This document shows positions 10,583-18,444 of a stretch of 64,000 nt of DNA, in pieces; within the stretch, counting starts at the first letter, position 1, and each line of letters begins with the position of its first letter. The notes beneath the pieces are model-generated. The model saw only the letters and a list, made by a program, of their open reading frames with translations, did not search any database and was not told where the DNA came from. Both the position numbers and the translations under genes were made by a program. Source of the DNA: Clostridia bacterium (GTDB lineage: Bacteria; Bacillota; Clostridia; Oscillospirales; CAG-272); assembly GCA_017532425.1 (NCBI GenBank), contig JAFXJH010000136.1:12027-76026 (forward strand). Reading direction: 5' to 3'.

Positions 10583-11119
10583 ATGGAAAACTGTAAATAT
10601 AAAATAGGCGAAAACGTAGTGTACGGCACTAACGGAATATGTAAGATAACAGACATAAAAAAGATGACGCTTTCTCCGATAATCGGTGAGAGAAATTATT
10701 ACGTACTCGAGCAGATAAACAGCAAAATGTCTACTATATACGTTGCGACCGATAATGAGGCACTTTGTTCGAAAATGAGATACGTTCTCACGGAAAATGA
10801 AATACTTGAAATACTTCACGGCGCAAGAGAAAACAGTATAGAATGGATAGACGATAGAAAAGTAAGAGCACAAGCCTTTCATAATATTCTTTCGAGCGGC
10901 TCGCACGAAGAGCTTTTGCTTATGATAAGATGTATATATCTGAAGAGCAGAGAAGCATCCGAAAATCATAAAAAGATATCAGATTCCGATTCAAATATGC
11001 TCCATAGTGCAGAAAAAACGGTAAGAGAAGAATTTGCATTTGCGCTGAATATTGCACCCGAGAGCGTGGGCAGATTTATCCGCAGTGAGCTCGGGATCGA
11101 GGATGAAGAATATTTTTAA
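10583..11119 (+). CDS. CarD/CdnL-family transcriptional regulator
   Basis: The N-terminal YKIGENVVYGTNGICKITDI...YYVL segment resembles the CarD_CdnL_TRCF RNAP-interacting domain. Length is 178 aa. Confidence 0.6.
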   Translation: MENCKYKIGENVVYGTNGICKITDIKKMTLSPIIGERNYYVLEQINSKMSTIYVATDNEALCSKMRYVLTENEILEILHGARENSIEWIDDRKVRAQAFHNILSSGSHEELLLMIRCIYLKSREASENHKKISDSDSNMLHSAEKTVREEFAFALNIAPESVGRFIRSELGIEDEEYF

Positions 11120-11228
11120 TACAACGTTATAATGCTTTGGTATGGTATAGCTTAATGCTATGCCGTATTTTTTTGCGACAAATCAACCGTAGGTAGATTT
11201 TTTAAATAAAATATCAATATATTTACTA

Positions 11229-11257
11229 TTGCAAGTTGAAATTTTCGGTGATATAAT
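11229..11257 (+). promoter_or_regulatory. sigma-A-type promoter candidate upstream of the XRE gene
   Basis: TTGCAA, 17 nt (ending in TGA), TATAAT. The perfect 10-bp palindrome GATAGCTATC lies at 11268..11277 in the leader. Confidence 0.5.
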
Positions 11258-11298
11258 AAACTCACAGGATAGCTATCTCGAAAATTTTGGAGGTAAAA

Positions 11299-12129
11299 AT
11301 GTTGGATCAAAAGATATTTGGCGAAAAACTTCGTAATCATAGAAAAAAGCTTGGTATGACGCAGGAAGAGGTTGCTGAGAAGGTGGGTGTATCACCTCAG
11401 GCTGTATCAAAGTGGGAGTCTGGAGACTGCCTTCCCGATTGCTTTAATTTGAAGGCTATCAGCGATATTTATAAAATCTCAGCCGACGTGCTTCTTGAGA
11501 CCAGGTCAAACGGTAATCTTGATGACGTAGCGAGTAAGATAGAACAGCTCGCAACCGAATTTACTTGGTCAATGGAAAATTATGATCGATATAACAAAAA
11601 TCTGCGTCAAGAGCTTGGAGAAGACCTTTGGGAAATGTGGAAGGGAATATATTTCACAGAAGTAGGCGACCGTAAAATACAGGAAGAAAGTAAAAAGCGG
11701 GGGAATCTCAGAATAATCGGTTCGTTCGGAACAAAGATATGGGACGATCAAGGCATAGCTTGTGTCATTAAGTCATCACTGATAGATAAGCTTTCACCCT
11801 TCGATCAAAGCACACAGGAGGTTATGCAGGCTCTGTGCAGCGAGGACGGGCAGAAGCTGATCCTGGCGTTGCGCTGTGATACTCCTACACCAAAGCAGGC
11901 TCTGATTGAAAAAGCCAATATTCAGATAACTCGGCTGAATGAACTGCTGCTTTTGTTTATTGAAAATCGCATCATTGAATTCAGCGATGATAACGCACCT
12001 GAATACAAAGGTTATATGATCAGCGGACACTGCGGTATTGTCGCTTATATGGTACTGTCTGCAATGTATATACTTGATAAAAAGAAGTATGAGGTCTCGC
12101 AGTTTATAAAAATATCGACGGATGAATAA
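11299..12129 (+). CDS. XRE-family helix-turn-helix transcriptional regulator with an uncharacterised C-terminal domain
   Basis: HTH_3 pattern (LRNHRKKLGMTQEEVAEKVGVSPQAVSKWESG). The ATG at 11299 sits 5 nt after GGAGG. Confidence 0.8.
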   Translation: MLDQKIFGEKLRNHRKKLGMTQEEVAEKVGVSPQAVSKWESGDCLPDCFNLKAISDIYKISADVLLETRSNGNLDDVASKIEQLATEFTWSMENYDRYNKNLRQELGEDLWEMWKGIYFTEVGDRKIQEESKKRGNLRIIGSFGTKIWDDQGIACVIKSSLIDKLSPFDQSTQEVMQALCSEDGQKLILALRCDTPTPKQALIEKANIQITRLNELLLLFIENRIIEFSDDNAPEYKGYMISGHCGIVAYMVLSAMYILDKKKYEVSQFIKISTDE

Positions 12130-12147
12130 AATAAGGAAAAATCAAAA

Positions 12148-12182
12148 CAACCTCCGAAGATCATTTCGATCTTCGGAGGTTG
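12148..12182. terminator. bidirectional hairpin between the convergent XRE and Asp-box lipoprotein genes
   Basis: 15-bp perfect stem CAACCTCCGAAGATC/GATCTTCGGAGGTTG. The T-run is on the minus-strand side. Confidence 0.7.
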
Positions 12183-12205
12183 ACTGTATTAAATATAAGA
12201 TAAAT

Positions 12206-13876
12206 TTATTTTTCTTTTTCCTTATACGTTTCGAATCCGTCCAGCGTGATCTTTGCGAATTTAAGAGTCATATATCTGTAATTCTGACTTTCGTGTCCGG
12301 GGAATACGTCGTTTATGTAGTAAATAGATCCGTCAGATCCGGCAAAGAATCCGAAGCTGTAAGCATAGTTACAACCGGGATCGATCTTGTCCTTGTAGTC
12401 GTAAGGAAGAGGATTTTCTATAGCGTGCCAGGTCTTGCCGAGGTCGAAGCTGAGGAAGAGCTTTGATCCTGCAACGCCGGAGAGGTCGCCATGTCGTCCT
12501 GCGGCAATTACAGTTCCGTATTCGCCGCCTGCGGGCGTCCATTCGCAGTAAGGTGTACATCCGGTGAAGTCACCGTTTGCCGTTGTTATTCTTGTTCCGA
12601 GAGATTCGTAGTCCTCCCATTCGGTAAGGCTCTTTGATACCTTGTAGTAAACAGGTCCCATTTGCTGACCGATCATTTCGTAAACGATGAGGTATCCGTG
12701 ATCACCCATCTTTGCAACAGATACCATTCCGGGACGTAATTTCTTGTCCTTGGGAGCAACACAGTATTTTTCTTCGCTCCAGTTTACACCGTCTTTGGAG
12801 ACACGGAGAACAAGACGCTGTCCGTTTTCCTTGGTTACTTCCATTTCGTCCGAGTAGAAGCATACGAGCGAACCGTCTTCGTCACAGATGAGGAAGGGCT
12901 CCCATACGCCGCCGTTTGTCGGGTTTCCGCCGGTATCAACTACAGAATATTCTTCCCAGGTCTTTCCGAGGTCGTAGCTTCTCCAGATACACATCTTGGA
13001 AAGGTCTTTGCCTTCGGAGTGTGAGCATCCCGAAAGAAGTAGCGTTCCTTCAGGCATTTCGCCTACCTGGCAGGGAAGCTCGTAAAGATGAGGCTGCCAG
13101 TTTCCGGTAACTCTGATGTCAAGCTGTTCTTTTACAGTATTAATAAGCGACCAAGTTTTACCGCCGTTGTCACTTCTGTAAAGCGGGAAATCGCTTCCTG
13201 CCCACTGGCTGGTAGCAAGGAGTACGCCGTTGTTTTCGCCGTTGTGCTTGAGCTCGATAACTCTTCCGTATGTAGACCACTTGTGAAAGTTCTTTTCAAC
13301 TATTGACGTGAAAGGAACCTCTACTGTAACGAGAGCGGGGAGAATTGTAACCTCGGGATCATACGCTTCGATCGTTACAAATTCCTTGTCGATGGGGAGA
13401 GTATTGTCCTCAGTGGATTTCATAACGTAATTGCAAATGAAGTATCTGAGAGCGTGCATAACAGCCTCGTCGTCGCTTCCCGTGATAACTATTTTGTTTC
13501 CTACAAATCTTACGGCAAAGTTGCTGTCGCCCTCTGCTTCTTCAATAAGCTTCTGAGTGTCTGCAGTAGCGCTTCTGTTGGTAGAACCGACCAGAATTTC
13601 GGGCTTGCTTTCATCAACAGCATCACCGTTACGTACAAAGTCCGTACTTACCGTAAGCTCTGCTTTGGTATAATTTTTTATAGCCTGCTTAAAAACCTTG
13701 ATAGCGCTTACAATGTCCTTGGACGATCTGTCCGAGCGGATAATCGTATATTCTCCTATATCAAGCATCTTGCTTTCTTCGGGAGAGTCTGTTGAAGAGT
13801 CCTTGCAAGAGGTGAGTATAGTGAATACAGATACGATACATGTAAGTGCAAGTAATAAAGATAAGAATTTTTTCAT
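12206..13876 (-). CDS. lipoprotein with an N-terminal alpha/beta domain and an Asp-box (BNR) six-bladed beta-propeller, sialidase-fold glycoside-hydrolase-like
   Basis: Lipobox LTS-C after the signal peptide. Four Asp-boxes (SDNGGKTW, SYDLGKTW, SKDGVNW, SFDLGKTW). WEPFL...CFYSDE motif. Confidence 0.75.
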   Translation of the reverse strand: MKKFLSLLLALTCIVSVFTILTSCKDSSTDSPEESKMLDIGEYTIIRSDRSSKDIVSAIKVFKQAIKNYTKAELTVSTDFVRNGDAVDESKPEILVGSTNRSATADTQKLIEEAEGDSNFAVRFVGNKIVITGSDDEAVMHALRYFICNYVMKSTEDNTLPIDKEFVTIEAYDPEVTILPALVTVEVPFTSIVEKNFHKWSTYGRVIELKHNGENNGVLLATSQWAGSDFPLYRSDNGGKTWSLINTVKEQLDIRVTGNWQPHLYELPCQVGEMPEGTLLLSGCSHSEGKDLSKMCIWRSYDLGKTWEEYSVVDTGGNPTNGGVWEPFLICDEDGSLVCFYSDEMEVTKENGQRLVLRVSKDGVNWSEEKYCVAPKDKKLRPGMVSVAKMGDHGYLIVYEMIGQQMGPVYYKVSKSLTEWEDYESLGTRITTANGDFTGCTPYCEWTPAGGEYGTVIAAGRHGDLSGVAGSKLFLSFDLGKTWHAIENPLPYDYKDKIDPGCNYAYSFGFFAGSDGSIYYINDVFPGHESQNYRYMTLKFAKITLDGFETYKEKEK

Positions 13877-13910
13877 TGGTTCTTATTTCCTTTCGTGTTT
13901 CTGTATTTGA

Positions 13911-13939
13911 ATTTTAACATAATTTAACTGTAAAGTCAA
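13911..13939 (-). promoter_or_regulatory. sigma-A-type promoter candidate for the Asp-box lipoprotein gene 12206..13876
   Basis: On the minus strand: TTGACT, 17 nt (ending in TGT), TAAAAT. Confidence 0.45.
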
Positions 13940-13972
13940 TAATAAATCTCATATTTAAGCTCTTATAACAGT

Positions 13973-15502
13973 TTATTCGGTATAAGAAGCATATCCATCG
14001 AGGGTGATCTTGGCGACCTTCAGGGCGGAGCACTTGTATTTCATTTCTTCTTCATCGGGGAATACGTTGTTGATATAATATACAGATCCGTCGGATGCGG
14101 TGAAAAATCCGAAGCTGTAAGCGTAGTTTGCACCTGATCTTTGCATATAGTCAAATTCGAGCGGTGACTTTATAGGACTCCACGATTTTCCGAGATCAAA
14201 GCTTAAAAACAGGTCGGACGAGGCTCCGATTTCCTCGCTGCCGAATCTTCCTGCCGCGATCACAGTACCGTATTTTCCGCCGAGCGGTGTCCACTCGCAG
14301 TAAGGTGTGCAGCCTGTGAAATCGCCGCTTGCCGTAGTTATTCTTGTGCCGAGCGATTCATAATCCTCCCACTCGGTAAGGCTCTTTGAAACCTTGTAAT
14401 ATACGGGTCCGCGTTTTTGACCGATCATTTCGTAAACGATGAGATATCCGTGGCTTCCCATCTTTGCAACAGAAACCATTCCGGGTCGAAGAGATCTTTC
14501 CTTTGGAGCAACACAGTATTTTTCTTCGCCCCAGGTCACACCGTCCTTGGATACACGCAGTACAAGACGCTGACCGTGTACGTCGGTTACCTCCATCTCG
14601 TCCGAATAGAAGCATACGAGCGAGCCGTCTTCGTCACAAATAAGGAAGGGCTCCCATACACCGCCGTTTTTCGGATTTCCGCCGGTATCTACTACCGAAT
14701 ATTCTTCCCAGGTGTTGCCGAGGTCGTAGCTTCTCCATATGCACATTTTCGAAATATCTTTTTCTTCGTTGTGAGAGCAACCCGAAAGAAGGAGTGTGCC
14801 CTCGGGCATTTCACCCACACGGCAGGGAAGCTCGTAAATGTGAGGCTGCCAGTTTCCGGTAACGTTTTCATCAAGCTGTTCGCTTGCAGTTGAGATAAGC
14901 TCCCATATTTTTCCGCCGTCGCTGCTTCTGTAGACCGGGAAGCACTTTCCCGACCATTGGCTTGTGGCGAAAAGAAGACCGTTGTTTTCGCCGTTGTGCT
15001 TAAGCTCAACGAGTCTTCCATACGTCGGCCATTTTCTCGGCTCGCGCTCTACTACCGAAATAAGCGGAACTTTAACTGTGACAAGCTCGGGCGTGATAGC
15101 GGTTTCGGTATCGTACTTTTCTGTTTTGGTGAAATTACCGTCAATGTTTTCACATACGGAAATATAATTCTCAATAAAATATTTAAGCGCGTGCATTACT
15201 GCATTGTCATCGTTTCCGACTATTGCCGTTTTGTTGCCGTCGCGTCTGATGATGAAATTGTTGTTTCCATCTTCCTTTTCAAGAATAGATATGGCATCGG
15301 CGCAAGCGCTTCTGTTTGTCATACCTACGAGAATTTCGCAGAAGCTGTCGTCGTCTGCTTCTGAATCCACGAATATGGGAATGTCAATATCCTTTAATTC
15401 TTTAATTGCATTTTTCAGTGCTTCTGCAGATCTTTCGATATTTTTTGAAGATTCTTCAGAAAATACGATCCTGCATTTTTCGATGTTCAGTAAATAACTC
15501 AT
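13973..15502 (-). CDS. Asp-box (BNR) beta-propeller protein, paralog of 12206..13876 that lacks a signal peptide
   Basis: By eye about 85 percent identical to its neighbour across the propeller (long identical runs such as SKMCIWRSYDLG.TWEEYSVVDTGGNP.NGGVWEPFLICDEDGSLVCFYSDEMEVT). Starts at MSYLLNIEK with an AAAGGA RBS and no hydrophobic leader. Confidence 0.75.
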   Translation of the reverse strand: MSYLLNIEKCRIVFSEESSKNIERSAEALKNAIKELKDIDIPIFVDSEADDDSFCEILVGMTNRSACADAISILEKEDGNNNFIIRRDGNKTAIVGNDDNAVMHALKYFIENYISVCENIDGNFTKTEKYDTETAITPELVTVKVPLISVVEREPRKWPTYGRLVELKHNGENNGLLFATSQWSGKCFPVYRSSDGGKIWELISTASEQLDENVTGNWQPHIYELPCRVGEMPEGTLLLSGCSHNEEKDISKMCIWRSYDLGNTWEEYSVVDTGGNPKNGGVWEPFLICDEDGSLVCFYSDEMEVTDVHGQRLVLRVSKDGVTWGEEKYCVAPKERSLRPGMVSVAKMGSHGYLIVYEMIGQKRGPVYYKVSKSLTEWEDYESLGTRITTASGDFTGCTPYCEWTPLGGKYGTVIAAGRFGSEEIGASSDLFLSFDLGKSWSPIKSPLEFDYMQRSGANYAYSFGFFTASDGSVYYINNVFPDEEEMKYKCSALKVAKITLDGYASYTE

Positions 15503-15567
15503 TGAAATTATTTCCTTTCGCAGTAGTATAGATATATACTATCATAAATTTAAAGCGAAATCAATAA

Positions 15568-16365
15568 TCAGAGTTGTTTTTTTATTCTTTCAAGAGCACT
15601 TTTTTCAAGGCGGGAGACCTGCGCCTGAGATATACCTATCTCATCGGCAATCTCCATTTGAGTTTTTCCGCTGAAAAAACGCTTGTCGATTATCATTCTT
15701 TCACGCTCACTCAGCTTTGTAAGGGCATCGCGAAGAGCGATATCCTCAAGCCATACCTCGTCACTGTTTTCGTTGTCGCTTATCTGATCCATTACGTATA
15801 TTGCATCGGATGACGATCCTGTGTCCGAATATACGGGATCAAAAAGAGATACCGGCTCGACGATGGCTTCAAGCGCGGAAACTACCTCAGAGCGTGTGTG
15901 TGTTTCGCCGTTTTTCTTTAAAAGAGCGTATATTTCATCTATAGACGGCTCCTTTGCCATCGATTTTGATAATTCCTCACGCGCAGTAAGCGCACGGTAA
16001 GCGAGGTCTCTCACAGAACGGCTTACGCGTATGGAATTGTTGTCGCGTAGATATCTTCTTATCTCGCCTATGATCATCGGGACCGCGTACGTGCTGAATT
16101 TGAGATTGAGATCGGTGTTAAAATTGTCAACTGCCTTTATAAGTCCGATACATCCTATCTGAAAAAGGTCGTCGGGATTTTCTCCGCGACTGCTGAATCT
16201 TTGCACAATGCTGAGTACAAGCCGCAGATTTCCGTCTATAAGAGCTCGTCTTGCATCTTCGTCGCCTTCCTTTGATCTTTTTAAAAGCTCATCCTTTTCT
16301 TCGTCGGACAATATCTTCAGATGAGAGGTATTTATCCCGCAAATATCGACTTTTCCGATATACAT
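15568..16365 (-). CDS. sigG: sporulation sigma factor SigG (forespore, late)
   Basis: Near-collinear match to my recollection of B. subtilis SigG: VDICGINTS, NLRLVLSIVQRF, FSTYAVPMIIGEIRRYLRDNNSIRVSRS, GKTQMEIADEIGISQAQVSRLEK. Confidence 0.88.
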   Translation of the reverse strand: MYIGKVDICGINTSHLKILSDEEKDELLKRSKEGDEDARRALIDGNLRLVLSIVQRFSSRGENPDDLFQIGCIGLIKAVDNFNTDLNLKFSTYAVPMIIGEIRRYLRDNNSIRVSRSVRDLAYRALTAREELSKSMAKEPSIDEIYALLKKNGETHTRSEVVSALEAIVEPVSLFDPVYSDTGSSSDAIYVMDQISDNENSDEVWLEDIALRDALTKLSERERMIIDKRFFSGKTQMEIADEIGISQAQVSRLEKSALERIKKQL

Positions 16366-16397
16366 TTTATCGCATCCTTTGTTTTATTTGACATTAC

Positions 16398-16427
16398 CAT
16401 TATTGCCGATACGGTAAAGCTTGATAC
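16398..16427 (-). promoter_or_regulatory. forespore-type (sigma-F/sigma-G-like) promoter candidate upstream of sigG
   Basis: On the minus strand: GTATC, 15 nt, GGCAATAATG. This resembles the GTATA-N15-GGnnAnAnTn consensus recalled for sigma-F. Confidence 0.35.
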
Positions 16428-16476
16428 ATAAAACCAAGGGTGGTAATTTTTTGAAAAATAAATGCTTGCGTATATA

Positions 16477-16505
16477 TTGAAGTGACAAAATAAATATGGT
16501 AAAAT
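16477..16505 (+). promoter_or_regulatory. sigma-A-type promoter candidate for the extended ECF-type sigma gene
   Basis: TTGAAG, 17 nt (ending in TGG), TAAAAT. Confidence 0.4.
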
Positions 16506-16588
16506 AATAAAACCGTCGAACCCGTTTTCGTTTTTTGCGACTTTATAAGTGAAAGCTTTCAAAAACACAGAAGAAGGAAAATAAACCA

Positions 16589-18220
16589 ATGCCAAACGAG
16601 GAAATAACAAATTATATTGACTTTTTACTTTCTGCGGCGATAAAAAAGTGCGGAGATATTGCAGACGCGCAGGATCTTACGCAGGAGACTCTGCTTGCAG
16701 CCCTGTCTTATATTGAAAAGGGAGTAGCTATAGAGAATCCCAAGGCGTGGCTTGTTTCTGTAATGAATCGCAAATACTACGATATTCTGCGCAGAAAATA
16801 TCAGATACCGAGCGTTACTATGGGCGAGGGATTTGATATTGCAGAGGAAGGCGATATTTCGGATAATATCATAAAGACCGAGCAGGCAGAGCTTGTAAGG
16901 CGTGAGGTAGCTTTTCTGGCAGAGTCTTACAGAAGAATAATTGTCGAGCATTACTTCCACACCAAGAGCGTGAAGACTATCGCCAAAGAACTCTCTCTGC
17001 CTGAGGGAACTGTAAAAAGCCGTCTCGATTTTGGCAGAAAACAGATCAGGAAAGGGTTTGAAAAAATGGAAAAATATCAGGAAAACAGTTATATGCCGCA
17101 GTATCTTGCACTACGTAACAGCGGCAGATTCGGTATAAACGGTGAGCCTATGTCACTGACAGAGGATAATACTCTCGCGCAAAATCTTTTGATACTTGCG
17201 TACGAAAGACCGATAAGCATAAGCGATCTTTCAAAGGCTATAGGTGTTGCAAGCGCATACGTAGAGCCTATCGTAAATAAGCTTGTTGACGGCGAGCTTA
17301 TGAAGCGTATGGGTGACGGTAAGGTCTATACCGATTTTATTATCTATCACGCAAGCGACTACGTAAAATATATTCACGAGGAAGAGGCTTTCGCTAAAAA
17401 GAATATCGAAGCGTTTCTCTCTCCTCTGAAAAACGCGATAAAAGAACTGAAGGAAACCTCATTCTACAGCGAGCGCCTTGAAAGATTTATGATGATAGAG
17501 ATCGCACAGGACGGACTTTATAACAGTATGGAATCGGTAAGAGAAAAGCCGCAGATTTTCCCCGACCGCCCGAATGGAGGAAAATGGATAGCCTTTGCTA
17601 CCGTTTGGCCGGAAAATTATAAAATTCCCGAGGATGCGCGCGGAAAAGAGGAGTATGGTCTTTCAGGGAGAAGATGTGAGCATATAGATAATTATCTTGA
17701 TGCGAAAAATCTTAAGCTGTATAATTATGAAAGCTCGCTCGATCCTATAGCCTGGAGAAAGCACGACGGTTACGGATTTAATTTCTTTGTAGACGTCGAG
17801 GTAAATATGCTTAAATTTTTCTATCTTCTGAAAAAGAATATAAAGCCCGAAAACGTCGATCTTGATACGAGAATGATAAGATCGATCCCTATTCTTGAGG
17901 AAAGAGGCTATATAACGACAAAAAACGGAGCCCCCGAGCTTTTGATACCCGTTCTTACACACGAGGAAGAAAAAAGATTTTTCGAGATATCCCAAAGTGC
18001 GTCGAACGCCTTTGCAGATAATATCAGAGAGCAGCTTGCAGTATGGTGTAAGACGCACAAGAAGGAAATACCTCCGCATCTTACGAGTGTGCCCGATCAG
18101 AAGCGCACGATGCCGTATGAGCCAAACGCGATGATGTTCGTCTATGAGGCAATAAAGTGCGGCGTGCATCCACGCGACCTCGGATATATTTGCCCGGAAA
18201 CCGTAGCGGTTTTTGATTAA
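16589..18220 (+). CDS. ECF-type sigma-70 family protein with a ~370-aa C-terminal extension that includes a winged-helix-like segment
   Basis: Sigma region 2 (DAQDLTQETLLAAL...WLVSVMNRKYYDILRRK) and region 4 (SVKTIAKELSLPEGTVKSRLDFGRKQIRK). These are followed by LAYERPISISDLSKAIGVASAYVEPIVNKLVDGELM and ~300 more residues with no TM helix. Confidence 0.7.
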   Translation: MPNEEITNYIDFLLSAAIKKCGDIADAQDLTQETLLAALSYIEKGVAIENPKAWLVSVMNRKYYDILRRKYQIPSVTMGEGFDIAEEGDISDNIIKTEQAELVRREVAFLAESYRRIIVEHYFHTKSVKTIAKELSLPEGTVKSRLDFGRKQIRKGFEKMEKYQENSYMPQYLALRNSGRFGINGEPMSLTEDNTLAQNLLILAYERPISISDLSKAIGVASAYVEPIVNKLVDGELMKRMGDGKVYTDFIIYHASDYVKYIHEEEAFAKKNIEAFLSPLKNAIKELKETSFYSERLERFMMIEIAQDGLYNSMESVREKPQIFPDRPNGGKWIAFATVWPENYKIPEDARGKEEYGLSGRRCEHIDNYLDAKNLKLYNYESSLDPIAWRKHDGYGFNFFVDVEVNMLKFFYLLKKNIKPENVDLDTRMIRSIPILEERGYITTKNGAPELLIPVLTHEEEKRFFEISQSASNAFADNIREQLAVWCKTHKKEIPPHLTSVPDQKRTMPYEPNAMMFVYEAIKCGVHPRDLGYICPETVAVFD

Positions 18221-18234
18221 TATAAAACACGTAG

Positions 18235-18276
18235 ACTGCTCGACCTCTAATAGGAGAAGTCGGGCAGTTTGTTTTT
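18235..18276 (+). terminator. intrinsic terminator after the extended ECF-type sigma gene
   Basis: ACTGCTCGAC...GTCGGGCAGT stem followed by TTTGTTTTT. Confidence 0.65.
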
Positions 18277-18362
18277 GCGGTGTTATTCGGGATTCACTTC
18301 GACTTGTAATTTTTGCATATAATTTAAAAAAGGCGCTGATTGTGAAAACGGTTCATTTTTGG

Positions 18363-18391
18363 TTGACAAAAATAGCTATATATGTTATCAT
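18363..18391 (+). promoter_or_regulatory. sigma-A-type promoter candidate for the 1891-aa surface protein gene
   Basis: TTGACA, 17 nt, TATCAT; ~50 nt upstream of the start codon. Confidence 0.5.
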
Positions 18392-18444
18392 AATAGTATA
18401 CAATCGGTGAATTATATCTACAGGTTTGTTTAAGGAGAGCTGGT

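Noticed and set aside
18221-18444. Riboswitch (for example c-di-GMP) upstream of the surface protein gene
   Set aside because: The best promoter leaves only a ~50-nt leader, and I saw no GEMM-like conserved segments.
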